Positions 9,176 through 18,991 of a stretch of DNA of 64,000 bases are shown piece after piece. Source of the stretch: Candidatus Methylomirabilota bacterium (lineage in GTDB: Bacteria; Methylomirabilota; Methylomirabilia; Rokubacteriales; DASRDR01); contig DASZOL010000052.1 in the NCBI GenBank assembly GCA_035550795.1, forward strand, positions 23,266-87,265. The letters are read 5' to 3'. A program made the position numbers and the translations under genes. Every line of letters starts with the position of its first letter. Position 1 is the first letter of the stretch. The notes under the pieces were generated by a model. It saw only the letters and a list, made by a program, of their open reading frames with translations, was not told the origin of the DNA and searched no databases.

Positions 9176-9855
9176 GAGACCATCGGAAAGCGCTGCCGCG
9201 CGCCGGGGACGCCCCGGTGTCCCTCAGAGGGAGGGCCGCTGAAGACGCGAGCCCCACGCAGACGGTCGCGGAGCTGCGTGATTCCGCAGCCGGATGCCGC
9301 GCGTGCGACCTCTGGAGGCGGGCGACCCAGACGGTGTTCGGCGAGGGGCCCGCCCCGGCGGACGTCATGCTGGTGGGCGAGCAGCCCGGCCACGAAGAGG
9401 ATCTGGCGGGCCGCCCGTTCGTCGGCCCCGCCGGGCGGCTTCTCGCCACGGCGCTCGAGGAGGCGGGCCTCGACCGGCGCCGTGTCTACGTCACAAACGT
9501 GGTGAAGCATTTCAGCTGGGAGCCGCGAGGGAAGCTGCGGATTCACAAGAAGCCCACGATCTGGCAGGTCCGCGCTTGCCGGCCATGGCTCATGTCCGAG
9601 CTCGACGTGGTGCGCGCGCGCGCGATCGTCTGCCTCGGCGCGACGGCCGCCCAGGCCCTGCTGGGGCGGGGCGTCCGTGTCACGCAGTCCCGGGGACAGG
9701 CGATACCGTCGGCGCTCGCACCGTACGCGTTCGCCACGCTCCATCCCTCGGCCGTGCTGCGAGCGCCGGACGAGGCCGCGCGCCGGGCGGCGATGGAGCG
9801 CCTGGTGAGCGACCTGGCGACGGTGGCGCGCCTGCTTGCCGGTGGGCCGAGGTGA
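9172..9855 (+). CDS. Family 4 uracil-DNA glycosylase of the UdgX type (covalent DNA-crosslinking UDG-like protein)
   Basis: CRACDLW (Fe-S Cys), GEQPGHEEDLAGRPFVGPAGRLL, VYVTNVVKHF, the loop RGKLRIHKKPT (UdgX KRRIH-like motif with the crosslinking His) and HPSAVLR. Near co-linear with the Mycobacterium smegmatis UdgX pattern. ATGA overlap with the upstream LLM gene. Confidence 0.8.
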   Translation: MRDHRKALPRAGDAPVSLRGRAAEDASPTQTVAELRDSAAGCRACDLWRRATQTVFGEGPAPADVMLVGEQPGHEEDLAGRPFVGPAGRLLATALEEAGLDRRRVYVTNVVKHFSWEPRGKLRIHKKPTIWQVRACRPWLMSELDVVRARAIVCLGATAAQALLGRGVRVTQSRGQAIPSALAPYAFATLHPSAVLRAPDEAARRAAMERLVSDLATVARLLAGGPR

Positions 9856-9871
9856 GAGGAAGGAGCCAAGC

Positions 9872-10039
9872 ATGGACCAGCGCACGTTGGACAGCATCGT
9901 CGAGTTGTTGCTGCGGCAACTCGGAGCGGCCTCCGACGGCAGCATGCTGCCGGAGAACGCCCAGATGGTGATCCGTCCAATCTTCACGTGGCCGGACGGC
10001 CAGCTGCGCGTGTGGATGGCCGTCAACTGGCCGAACTGA
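9872..10039 (+). CDS. Hypothetical small protein (55 aa)
   Basis: Strong RBS GAGGAAGGAG before ATG 9872. No recognisable family. Confidence 0.35.
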   Translation: MDQRTLDSIVELLLRQLGAASDGSMLPENAQMVIRPIFTWPDGQLRVWMAVNWPN

Positions 10040-10185
10040 GCGCGCGCGGACTCGCGCGGCGCGCCGCCCGTCGCCTTCTCGGACGACCTCGACCGCGGCG
10101 AGCCACACCGCGAGATCGCGCTCGCGGACACCGTCCGGGAGCTTCATCCTGCCCCGACTCGAGTCGGCTGAGGCGACTTCCAGGC

Positions 10186-10320
10186 TCAGTACACGACGGG
10201 CGTCGGCTCCATGCGCGCCTCGTCAGCCATGATCCTGGCGCCCTTCGACCGGCGGCGATCGACGAGCCAGGCCAGCACAATCGCGGCCGCCAGCCCGACA
10301 AGGCCATACCACGGCCTCAT
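10186..10320 (-). CDS. Hypothetical 44-aa single-TM peptide, start ATG overlapping the stop of the upstream gene (ATGA)
   Basis: Read manually: MRPWYGLVGLAAAIVLAWLVDRRRSKGARIMADEARMEPTPVVY. It falls below the ORF-track length cut-off. Hydrophobic helix plus basic anchor. Confidence 0.25.
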   Translation of the reverse strand: MRPWYGLVGLAAAIVLAWLVDRRRSKGARIMADEARMEPTPVVY

Positions 10321-10775
10321 CGCCGGCGTGCCTTCCGGGTCCGCGCGGCCTTCCGGGCGGCCGTGGAACGCTCTTGCGGGCTGCGCTTGGCGGCCACGGA
10401 ACGCGCCTGTCGCGACACCGCCTCGGGTGACGCCGCCCCATGGCCTTCGCGCTTCAGCGCCCGACCGATCGCCCGCGAGCGCCGCGCCGAGGGCGCCCGC
10501 CGCGGGGAAGCCCCGTGCCCGCGCGCGTAGGCACGTTCCGCACTCCTTCGCGTGCTCTCACTGACCTCCTTCCGGCCGGGCGGCGGCAGGTCCACTCCCG
10601 CTCGCCGCGCCTTCGAGAGGCCGATCGCGATGACCTGCTTCGTGGAGCGAGCGCCGTGCTTGCGTTTGCGAACATGGTGCATCTCTTCACGGATGAACTC
10701 GCCGGCCTGCGTGGTCGCGGCCTTGCCCTGACGCTTGTCCTGTCTGGCCCGCGCGATTGTCTTCTTCTCCGGCAT
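10317..10775 (-). CDS. Conserved hypothetical highly basic protein with histone H1-like Lys/Arg/Ala-rich C-terminal tail
   Basis: RBS AGGAGAGG before ATG 10775. N-terminal block AGEFIREEMHHVRKRKHGARSTKQVIAIGLSKARRAGV looks like a conserved small stress-associated family. C-terminus AARKAARTRKARRR. Confidence 0.5.
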   Translation of the reverse strand: MPEKKTIARARQDKRQGKAATTQAGEFIREEMHHVRKRKHGARSTKQVIAIGLSKARRAGVDLPPPGRKEVSESTRRSAERAYARGHGASPRRAPSARRSRAIGRALKREGHGAASPEAVSRQARSVAAKRSPQERSTAARKAARTRKARRR

Positions 10776-11112
10776 GATGCTGCCTCTCCTTCTTCCTGCT
10801 GCGGTCAACGGACCGCGTCAGGGCAGCGCGTCCAACCTCGACGGCACAAGAACGCGGAGTCCTGCTCGTCTCTGGGCGCCTCGTTCCCTATGCATCCTTG
10901 GGTTCATGCGTCGGCGCCCCGCGTGATAAGCGCGGCCCTTCCCGCGCAATCTTCCGGCGCCCCGGGCCCTTGGATGGGCCGCCTGCGGGCGCGGCGCCAT
11001 GCGGGCCTCGATGCCCGGCTGGCGGCGCTGGCGCTTGCGGCGGCCGGAGGACACGCTTGGATGAGGTTTCTGAGGCACGGGGAGGTTCTCCGCTCGCGGC
11101 GCGCTTCCCGGA

Positions 11113-12153
11113 TCAGATGACCCCGGGCACCTGGTTGTTCCGGCGCGCTGCGCGGTCTCCGAGGACGGTGAGCACCGACGGCGAGAGCGCGGAGGTGCTC
11201 GCCTCGCCCTTCCGACCCTTCTGTCCCGAATCAGCCTCGCTCGATGGAAGCAGCCGGTTGACACCGGCCAACAACTCCGCCGTCACCCCGGGAGCGAGCG
11301 CCCGCGCCATCGCCGCGATGTTCGCGGGCACCGATAACACGCGCTCGGCGTCGCCCCGCCGGATGGACTCGACGATCTGCCTGGCGGCCCGATTCGCGTC
11401 CATGGACAGGAACGGCAAGGCGTCGCTGATGCTGAACCAGGCGTACTCCGCCCGATGGCGACCCTTGAAGATCGCGTGGCGCGGGCTGCCGGTTCGCATC
11501 AGGCCAGGACAGATCGTGATGACCGAGATGCCGTCCTTGGCTAGCTCGGCCCGGAGGCCTTCCGAGAGCCCGAGCAAGGCGAACTTGCTCGCGCTGTAGG
11601 GGAGCAGATGCGGCACGCCGATCTTGCCTCCGATCGAGACGATGTTCGTGATGCGCCCTTCCCGTCGCCGCCGCATCTCGGGGAGAACCGCCAGCGTCGT
11701 GTAGAGCGGCCCCCAGAAGTTGACGGCCATCGCGTGCCGGAAGTCCTCGACGCTCATGGTCTGCACCGGCCCCACGCTGATGATGCCGGCGTTGTTGACC
11801 AGGACGTCGATCGGGCCCATCCGGTCGCGGACCTCGTGGACCAGCGCCTCCACGTCTCCACGAGCTGTGACATCGCACGCGACGGCCAATACGCGAGCTC
11901 CCCGTCGCTCCAGGTCCTCACGGGCCCGGTCGAGCGTGGCGGGGTCGCGTCCGCAGATCGCGACCCGAGCGCCCGCCTGCGCCACCGCGCGCGCCAGAAC
12001 CAGCCCCAGGCCGCGGGAGCCCCCCGTGATCAGCACGGTCCGGCCCTCGAGGTCGTACGGGCGCGGCCGGTGCGTCAGGAGGTAGGCCGCAACGAGTCCC
12101 GTGGCGCCGACGAGCAGTGGCGCCAGGGACGTTCGCGAGCGCGCAGTCGTCAT
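11113..12153 (-). CDS. SDR family oxidoreductase (short-chain dehydrogenase/reductase) with N-terminal membrane anchor
   Basis: TGGSRGLG Rossmann motif, NNAG, S...YSASK catalytic triad context. ATGA overlap with the upstream ADH. Confidence 0.85.
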   Translation of the reverse strand: MTTARSRTSLAPLLVGATGLVAAYLLTHRPRPYDLEGRTVLITGGSRGLGLVLARAVAQAGARVAICGRDPATLDRAREDLERRGARVLAVACDVTARGDVEALVHEVRDRMGPIDVLVNNAGIISVGPVQTMSVEDFRHAMAVNFWGPLYTTLAVLPEMRRRREGRITNIVSIGGKIGVPHLLPYSASKFALLGLSEGLRAELAKDGISVITICPGLMRTGSPRHAIFKGRHRAEYAWFSISDALPFLSMDANRAARQIVESIRRGDAERVLSVPANIAAMARALAPGVTAELLAGVNRLLPSSEADSGQKGRKGEASTSALSPSVLTVLGDRAARRNNQVPGVI

Positions 12154-13328
12154 GCAGCAGGGTCCAGCACGACCTTGGTGCAGTCGTCCCTCTTGTCGTT
12201 GAACATCCGGTAGGCCTCAGGCGCCCGGGACAGAGGCATGCGGTGACTGACGACGAACCCCGGATCGATGTCCCCGCGAACGATCCGATCGAGGAGCGGC
12301 CGGAGGTACGCGTGGACGTGCGTCTGACCCATGCGAAACGTCAGACCCTTGGCAAAGGCGGCACCGAACGGAACCTTGTCGAGAAACCCACCGTAGACCC
12401 CCGGAATCGACACGGTCCCGCCTTTGCGGCAAGCCTGGATTGCCTGGCGGAGCGCATGGGCCCGATCGGTCCCGAGTCGAACCGCGAGCTTGACGCGATC
12501 GTACCGCGCGTCGAGGCTTCGGCCATGGGCCTCCGTGCCCACCGCATCGATGCAGGCGTCGGGTCCTCGCCCGCCCGTGCGTTGCTTCAGTTCCTCGACC
12601 ACGTCTTCGACCACCTCGTAGTTGAGGGTCTCGGCTTTGCCGGCGGTCTCGGCCAGCCGCAAACGCGCCTGCCATCGGTCGATGGCGATCACCCGCTCGG
12701 CTCCGAGCAGGTAGGCGCTCTGGATGGCAAACTGACCGACGGGTCCGCATCCCCAGACCGCGACCACATCGCCCGGCTGGATCCCACAGTGCGCGGCGGC
12801 CATGTACCCCGTCGGGAAGATGTCGGACAGGAACAGGACCTGCTCGTTCGTCAGAGTCTCCGGCACTGCAATCGGCCCGACGTCCGCGAACGGCACCCGC
12901 ACGAACTCCGCCTGTCCACCCGCGTATCCGCCGTACAGGTGCGAGTAGCCGAACAATCCACCGCCGGAAAAGCCGTACACGCCTTCCGCCATCTCGGCGT
13001 TCGGATTCGAGTTGTCGCAGAGGGACGTGAGGCCCTGGCTACACGGCAGACACGTCCCGCAGGCGATCGCAAACGGGACGACGACACGTGACCCGCGAGG
13101 TAGCGAGGTGACTCCCGACCCGACCTCCACAACCTCGCCCATGAACTCGTGACCCAGAATGTCGCCCGCCTCCATCGTCGGGATGACGCCGTTGAAGAGG
13201 TGCAGATCAGAGCCGCAGATGGCGGTCGATGTCACCCGGATGATGGCATCCCGCGGGTTGAGGATCTCCGGCTCCGGAACCGATTCCACGCGAATATCAT
13301 GGGGGGCGTGCCAGCACACTGCTCTCAT
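12150..13328 (-). CDS. Zinc-dependent alcohol dehydrogenase family (glutathione-independent formaldehyde dehydrogenase-like)
   Basis: [15 protein letters not shown], structural-Zn Cys cluster [25 protein letters not shown] fold. Confidence 0.85.
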   Translation of the reverse strand: MRAVCWHAPHDIRVESVPEPEILNPRDAIIRVTSTAICGSDLHLFNGVIPTMEAGDILGHEFMGEVVEVGSGVTSLPRGSRVVVPFAIACGTCLPCSQGLTSLCDNSNPNAEMAEGVYGFSGGGLFGYSHLYGGYAGGQAEFVRVPFADVGPIAVPETLTNEQVLFLSDIFPTGYMAAAHCGIQPGDVVAVWGCGPVGQFAIQSAYLLGAERVIAIDRWQARLRLAETAGKAETLNYEVVEDVVEELKQRTGGRGPDACIDAVGTEAHGRSLDARYDRVKLAVRLGTDRAHALRQAIQACRKGGTVSIPGVYGGFLDKVPFGAAFAKGLTFRMGQTHVHAYLRPLLDRIVRGDIDPGFVVSHRMPLSRAPEAYRMFNDKRDDCTKVVLDPAA

Positions 13329-13330
13329 GG

Positions 13331-14083
13331 CTAGGCGCTCCGGGCGAGGTCCGGATCCGTCCCGTATCCCTCCTGCCTGGCCTCGCGGGACCTCGCGGCC
13401 ACGGAGATCTCACCTGTCTCCATCACTTGCTTGAAGCGTCGCAACGCCTCACGGACGAGGCGGTCGCCACCCTGTCCAAGGAGGGCCGCAACCGCCGCTC
13501 CGACCTTGCGCCCAGGCGGGGCATAGGTCAGGATCACCTTGATTTCGGTGCCGCGTTCGCCGGGCGCGGGCGTGAAGCGTACCGAGCCAGCGACGTCCAG
13601 GTCCGCGCCCGGGTCCGAGCGCCAGGCCAGAAGGCGGCCTGGCTCGTCGGCAGTCAGCTCGGCCTCCCAGATCATGGTGACCCCCCCGGGCCCCGTCATG
13701 ACCCAACGTGACTGTCCAGGGCCCAAGGCGGTCACCGACACGAGGTGCTCTGGCAGGAGGCGCGGCAGCCGCTCGAGGTCGCGCCACGCCTGGTAGACGT
13801 CGTCCGCGGAGCGCCGTACCGTCATCGTCCGCTCGACGTGCAGGCCTCGACCCGCTGCCAGCGTCGGCATGTCCGGGCGGCGCTTGGGGGATACGCGTCT
13901 GCGAGGACCCTTCGACCAGATCCAGAGGACCCCAAGGCCGGCTGCCACCGCCATCAGCGCGAGCTCCCGGCCCCGGTGGTCGACCGTCCTCCCGCCGAGC
14001 CCGCTCCCCCACATCTCGTGGTCAGGCGCGTCGGTCTGTTCGCCCCGGTGAGAGCGGGCGCCTGATGTCCTGGCACTGTCCAT
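13331..14083 (-). CDS. SRPBCC family protein (polyketide cyclase/dehydrase-like START fold) with N-terminal TM segment
   Basis: RBS GAGGAGGG before ATG 14083. Cyclase/dehydrase-like core ([22 protein letters not shown]...). First gene of the SRPBCC-ADH-SDR operon. Confidence 0.7.
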   Translation of the reverse strand: MDSARTSGARSHRGEQTDAPDHEMWGSGLGGRTVDHRGRELALMAVAAGLGVLWIWSKGPRRRVSPKRRPDMPTLAAGRGLHVERTMTVRRSADDVYQAWRDLERLPRLLPEHLVSVTALGPGQSRWVMTGPGGVTMIWEAELTADEPGRLLAWRSDPGADLDVAGSVRFTPAPGERGTEIKVILTYAPPGRKVGAAVAALLGQGGDRLVREALRRFKQVMETGEISVAARSREARQEGYGTDPDLARSA

Positions 14084-14277
14084 GAGTAGGATCCCTCCTC
14101 AGCTGACCGTGACCCGCCCGGTTGGTGTTCACCCGGCAGCGTTCGCGCCAAGATGGAGCTCATATTCCGGAGATCCGGCGCCACGTCCCAACGGACGAGC
14201 TAGCAAGGGGCGTGCCCTCACTTTTCTCCGCGTGAGGTCGGAGCCGGGGGGCCGGGGTCGCCCCGGCCGGCCTGACC

Positions 14278-14898
14278 GTGGCACTTGACGCGCCGACAGG
14301 CGCGGAGAGGAGGATCCGGTGCCAGGGTGTCGCGATCCAGGAATGCGCGCCTGGCGGATCGCCCGTGGCAGTCTCCTTGCACCAAGGCGTGGCTGAGGTG
14401 AAGGAACAGCTGGACTCGGCCGCCGTCGCGGTGTTCCAGCAACGAGTGTGGCGTGCCCAGCGCGTGGCTTGGGCGCTGATGGCTCTCATCGTCCTGGCTG
14501 CGGTCGCCGGGCTCCTGGGACCGGGTCCGCTCAGCTCGAGGACGGTGACGAGCGCCGATGGCGCGTTCCGGGTGGACTACGCGCGTTTCCTCCGGCGCGG
14601 GACCCGAACGACGCTTCGGATTCACGTCCGACCGGCGACCGCGGAGGCGTCGACCCTCGCCCTGTGGCTCGCGCGATCCTACCTGGAAACCATGAAGGTC
14701 GACGGCGTGGTCCCGCCACCGGGACGAGTCCAGGCCGGTCCCGACCGCATGACCTGGAGCTTCGAGGTGAACCCGCAGCCAGGGAAGCCGCTGACCGTGA
14801 CGTTCCATCTTCTCCCGGAGGGGAGCGGTGGGCTAAGGGCGGAGGTCGGCCTGGGGACGGGGCCCACACTCGGGTTCCGTCAGTGGGTCTACCCCTAG
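14278..14898 (+). CDS. Hypothetical membrane-anchored protein (start uncertain; alternative in-frame GTG at 14398)
   Basis: A single TM helix (WALMALIVLAAVAGLL) followed by a roughly 150-aa soluble domain. Immediately upstream of a DUF421 gene. No family recognised. Confidence 0.45.
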   Translation: MALDAPTGAERRIRCQGVAIQECAPGGSPVAVSLHQGVAEVKEQLDSAAVAVFQQRVWRAQRVAWALMALIVLAAVAGLLGPGPLSSRTVTSADGAFRVDYARFLRRGTRTTLRIHVRPATAEASTLALWLARSYLETMKVDGVVPPPGRVQAGPDRMTWSFEVNPQPGKPLTVTFHLLPEGSGGLRAEVGLGTGPTLGFRQWVYP

Positions 14899-14916
14899 CC
14901 GGGAAGGAGGGGCCGC

Positions 14917-15378
14917 GTGGACTCCGTCGTGCGGGCTGTGCTCGTGTACGCGCTGCTGCTGGGTCTCTTCCGGTCGGCCGGCAAGCGGACTCTCGCGCAC
15001 ACCACGACCTTTGACCTGGTGCTAGTCCTGATCATCAGCGAAGCGATCTCGACTGCGCTGGGAGGCGACGACTACTCCCTCACCAATGCCGCGATCATCG
15101 TGGTCACGCTCATCCTCCTGGACATCGCGTTGTCGGTGGTCAAGCGGCAGTCGCCGCGCGTGGAGGCGCTGATCGATGGCCTGCCGCTGGTCCTCTTCCA
15201 GGACGGCCGACCCCGAGCCGAGCACATGGCGCGCGAACGCCTCGATATCGACGACATCCTGGCTGCCGCCCGCGAGCGGCATGGGGTCACGCGCGTGGAG
15301 GATATTGAGGAGGCGATCCTCGAGCGGAGCGGAGAGATCTCGGTGATCCTCCGGAATCGCCCATCTTCAAAGGGATGA
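14917..15378 (+). CDS. DUF421 (YetF-like) domain membrane protein
   Basis: GTG start with RBS GGGAAGGAGGGG. Sequence pattern LLGLFR.AGKR......FDLVLVLIISEAIS....D typical of DUF421. Confidence 0.7.
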   Translation: MDSVVRAVLVYALLLGLFRSAGKRTLAHTTTFDLVLVLIISEAISTALGGDDYSLTNAAIIVVTLILLDIALSVVKRQSPRVEALIDGLPLVLFQDGRPRAEHMARERLDIDDILAAARERHGVTRVEDIEEAILERSGEISVILRNRPSSKG

Positions 15379-16126
15379 AACCCCCCAGGAGTCATGGGAC
15401 CACGTAGATCCTCCCGAGCGCTCGTCCCCCTCAGGTTCGTGATGACAGGGCGTCACCCCCGCGACATGTTGTCGCCAGGCGTACCGCAGCAAACTTAACG
15501 AGGTTGCCAGTCCGGCCGCGCCAGGCCAGCGTCCTTTCGACCTCATTCTTGACTGCCTCGGCGCGCGCGACTACCTCGGCGCGTTGTCGAGGCGACGGCA
15601 TTCACGCGGTTGGCGTGACGTGACCGTCCTCGTACCGCCGGCCGCCTCGGCCCTCTGAGCCGCTTCGCGCTGTGCCGCAACGCCTAAGGGACGCTGCCCG
15701 ACGTGGACTGTCAACGCGCCACGGCATCCGACTCACCCCGGGCATGCGTCTTGCTCCGATGCCGCCGGACATTGCGCGTGGAGGTTTCGCCATGACTAGC
15801 GAGGACGCGTGTCATCCCCTGACCCCCAAGCCGGCGCGTCAGGAAACCCGGGGCGGAGCCCGAGGGCTTGACAGGTCTGGCACGCCTTCGTGCGGCGCTC
15901 GGTCTTCCGAAGAGCAAGACGCACCGGTCAGGGCAAGACCCGCTCGCGTGAGCTTCTCGCGCGCGACCTCGCCTTGCGACTGTGTGGTGATTCGACTATC
16001 CTGGCTGCGCATCGGGAGTGTCGGGCGCCCTTCCCGACCTCGGAGCATGTCGGCACGCACGGGTATTGATCCCGCCGGCCCGTGAGGTCAGGCGGGTGAC
16101 TAGCGTGAAAGGAGTCGTCCCGAAAC

Positions 16127-16501
16127 GTGCGGACCGATCTGCCCGTGGGAGCGCAGCGAGGAACCGGTCTCGTCGACCTGCTCGATCGGGTCCTGGACAA
16201 GGGACTCCTCATCGCGGGGGACATCCGGATCTCGCTGGCCGAGGTCGAGCTCCTCACCATACGGATCCGGCTGATCGTGTGCTCCATCGACAAGGCTCAA
16301 GAGATCGGACTGGACTGGTGGAAGTACGATCGGCACCTGGCTCCAGGGACTCGAGCCCTGGCGGGGGAGACGGAGGCCCTGCGTCGCCAGGTCAGGGCCC
16401 TCGAACGCCGAATCGCTGCGCTCACCACGCGCCAGGCGCCCCCCGGGCGTCGGGTCGCGCGCAAGCGGACGGCCCCCACGGTGACCCCCACGGGAGGATG
16501 A
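16127..16501 (+). CDS. gvpJ: Gas vesicle protein, GvpA/GvpJ family (GvpJ-like, with C-terminal extension)
   Basis: [47 protein letters not shown] is the GvpA/J core. GTG start with RBS AAAGGAG. First gene of the gvp operon. Confidence 0.8.
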   Translation: MRTDLPVGAQRGTGLVDLLDRVLDKGLLIAGDIRISLAEVELLTIRIRLIVCSIDKAQEIGLDWWKYDRHLAPGTRALAGETEALRRQVRALERRIAALTTRQAPPGRRVARKRTAPTVTPTGG

Positions 16502-16504
16502 GCG

Positions 16505-16843
16505 ATGCCAATTGAGCGCACTACAGGCGGAACCAGCCTCATCGACGTCCTCGATCGCGTGCTCGACAAGGGCATCGTCATCGACGCCTGGGTCCGTGTG
16601 TCCCTCGTCGGCATCGACCTGATCACGGTCGAGGCCCGCGTCGTGGTGGCCTCCATCGACACCTACCTGAAGTACTCGGAATCGATGGCTCAGGTGGCTC
16701 CAGTGTCGCGACCGGCCGCGGTCGCGTCCCAGGAGGCCGTCCTCGCCGAGAACGTCGCTCTCAGGGCACAGCTCGCTGCGACCCCCTCGAGATCCTCGCG
16801 GTCTGGTCGCGCCCGGCGGCGACGGACCCCCCAGCCCGCCTGA
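16505..16843 (+). CDS. gvpA: Gas vesicle structural protein GvpA
   Basis: [49 protein letters not shown] is near-canonical GvpA. It lies 3 nt after the gvpJ stop. Confidence 0.85.
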   Translation: MPIERTTGGTSLIDVLDRVLDKGIVIDAWVRVSLVGIDLITVEARVVVASIDTYLKYSESMAQVAPVSRPAAVASQEAVLAENVALRAQLAATPSRSSRSGRARRRRTPQPA

Positions 16844-16846
16844 GCC

Positions 16847-18991
16847 GTGAGCCGGGGCGCTGCGTCGGTGCGAGCGGCGCGACGGTCCGAGCCGCGATCC
16901 GAGCAGCGGCTCGGATTCCTGGAGTTCCTGCTCGCCTGTGAAAACCCGGCCGAGATGGCCGAGCGATCCCTGGAGTGGCTCAGCGAGCACGCAGGGGTGC
17001 GCGAGGGCCACTGTTTCCTGCTCAACGCGGACCGAACGCGGCTCATCCACCTGACGGCCCATGGCGTTTCGGTTACGGCCGTCAACGGCCGTACGGTGGA
17101 CCTGGAGTCCGGGGACCACCGGCTGACCCGGCTGCTATCCGCCTCCCGACCCGTCGTGCTCTCCAGAGACCTGGCCGGCCTGCTGCTCTCGCCGCGGGTC
17201 CCCGTCCTGGCCATGCCGCTTCATAGCACCGAGACTCAGGAGCAGGCGCCGGGAGGGCTGCTCGTGGTCCGCCCGGTGACCGCCAACCGGCAGGAGCTCG
17301 AGTGGGTGACCCAGTATCTCGGCTACCGGTTCACCCGCGCGCGGATGAGGGGGACCGTCATCGAGACCGAGCGTCGGCTTCGCCGAGAGCGCGATCTCCT
17401 CCAAAGCGTCCTTGACCGCGTCACCGATCCGATCATGCTGACCGATACCGAGGGCCGCATGGTCATCGCGAACGGGCTGGCCGAGCGCCTCTTCGCGACC
17501 CACGAAGACGAGAGCGAAGGCCGCCGCCGGGCGGTGGCCATCAACAACATGCTGTTCTCCTCGGCGCTGGGCCGGAGCGCCGTGGAGCAGCGGACGTCAG
17601 GGCCCCGCGAGCTCGCGCTGGTGGACCCCACCGAGGGATCGGATCTTCTCTTCGAGTTGATCAGCACGACCGCCGGAGACGTACGGATGGGCATGGGCAT
17701 CGTGTCGATCCTGCGGAACGTGTCCGACCTCCGGCGTGCGACCGAGGAGATCGAGAAGAACTACCAGAAGCTGCGCGCGGCGGAGGCGGAGGTCCGCGCC
17801 GAGCGCGATCGGCTGGGGCTCGTCATCGATTCGGTCGCAGACCCCATCTTGGTCACCGATCCCTCCGGCAACCTCGTCATGATGAACGCGCCGGCCGGAC
17901 GCCTGTTCTCCGCGTCCGAGCAGGCCAGCGTGGCTGAGATACAGCGCGTGCAGGCGAACGACGCCAACTTCAGCTCGTTCGTGTCGAACCTCCTCTTCGA
18001 CAAGAGCGGAGGGTCGAAGTACCAAGGCAGCGTGAGCCTCGTCGACCCGAGGACCGGCGAGCCGATCCCGGTGGAAGCGATATCGGGCAACGTGTACGGT
18101 GATGCCGCCAAGGTGTCGGGCATCGTCACCATTCTCCACGACCGGACCGAGGCCATCGAGCGCGAGCTGCTCTACGAGCAGCTCAAGGCGGCCTCGGCCC
18201 AGCTCGAGCGGCGGGTCCAGGAGGCGACGTCGGCCCTCGTTCACCAGAACGAGCTCCTCCGCCGGCAGGCCATCGAGCTGGAGCAGGCGTCGGTGGCCAA
18301 ATCCCAGTTCCTGGCTAACGTCTCGCACGACGTACGCACGCCGCTCAACGCCATCCTCGGCTATACGAGCCTGCTTCTTCGCGGCGTCTCGGGTCCGCTG
18401 GATCCCACCCAGCAGGAAGCCCTGTCCCGCATTGACGCCAACGGGCGTCACCTGTTGGCCTTGATCAACGAGATCCTCGACATCTCGCGCATCGAGGCGG
18501 GTAAGATGCCGGTCCGCTTCGCCTCGATCAAGCTGAACGACCTGATCCGCGAGATCATGAGCGAGGTCGAGCCGCTGATCGCCAGCTCGAATCTGACGGT
18601 GACTGCCAGTGTGCCCCACGGTCTCCCGATGATCCGGAGCGACCGCCAGAAGGTCAAGCAGATCCTGCTGAACCTCCTGACGAATGCGCTCAAGTTCACC
18701 CCGCGCGGCTCGGTATCCGTGTCGTGCACACACCGGCGAGCGCACCGGGAGATGGCCATCGCCGTCGCTGACACCGGCATCGGTATCGCGGCGACGGATC
18801 AGATGCGGATCTTCGAGGCCTTCTCCCAGGCCGACCCCACCCAGACGCGGGAAGTCGGCGGAACCGGTCTCGGGCTGGCCATCTGCCGTCGCCTCGCGAC
18901 CGTGCTCGACGGCCGGATCACGATTGAGAGCGAGCTCCGCCAGGGCTCGACCTTCACCCTGATCCTTCCTCTGGGGCCGAAGCGGACGTGA
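16847..18991 (+). CDS. Cytoplasmic sensor histidine kinase (multiple PAS/GAF-like sensory domains, HisKA, HATPase_c) embedded in the gas vesicle operon
   Basis: H-box SHDVRTPLNAILGYTSLL, N-box LLNLLTNALKF, G-boxes DTGIGI and GGTGLGLAICRRL. No TM helices. GTG start 3 nt after the gvpA stop. Confidence 0.75.
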   Translation: MSRGAASVRAARRSEPRSEQRLGFLEFLLACENPAEMAERSLEWLSEHAGVREGHCFLLNADRTRLIHLTAHGVSVTAVNGRTVDLESGDHRLTRLLSASRPVVLSRDLAGLLLSPRVPVLAMPLHSTETQEQAPGGLLVVRPVTANRQELEWVTQYLGYRFTRARMRGTVIETERRLRRERDLLQSVLDRVTDPIMLTDTEGRMVIANGLAERLFATHEDESEGRRRAVAINNMLFSSALGRSAVEQRTSGPRELALVDPTEGSDLLFELISTTAGDVRMGMGIVSILRNVSDLRRATEEIEKNYQKLRAAEAEVRAERDRLGLVIDSVADPILVTDPSGNLVMMNAPAGRLFSASEQASVAEIQRVQANDANFSSFVSNLLFDKSGGSKYQGSVSLVDPRTGEPIPVEAISGNVYGDAAKVSGIVTILHDRTEAIERELLYEQLKAASAQLERRVQEATSALVHQNELLRRQAIELEQASVAKSQFLANVSHDVRTPLNAILGYTSLLLRGVSGPLDPTQQEALSRIDANGRHLLALINEILDISRIEAGKMPVRFASIKLNDLIREIMSEVEPLIASSNLTVTASVPHGLPMIRSDRQKVKQILLNLLTNALKFTPRGSVSVSCTHRRAHREMAIAVADTGIGIAATDQMRIFEAFSQADPTQTREVGGTGLGLAICRRLATVLDGRITIESELRQGSTFTLILPLGPKRT

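Noticed and set aside
9680-10147. 155-aa minus-strand ORF and 180-aa plus-strand ORF (9988-10530) around the UdgX 3' end
   Set aside because: Both overlap well-supported genes on other frames or strands and have low-complexity composition. The only credible small ORFs in this area are 9872-10039 (+) and 10186-10320 (-).
15866-15895. Possible promoter (TTGACA hexamer and TGGCAC-N5-CGTGC) upstream of the gas vesicle operon
   Set aside because: The sigma54-like element fails at the invariant -12 TTGC, and no acceptable -10 hexamer follows the TTGACA at proper spacing. It is kept only as a note inside the non-coding-region finding.
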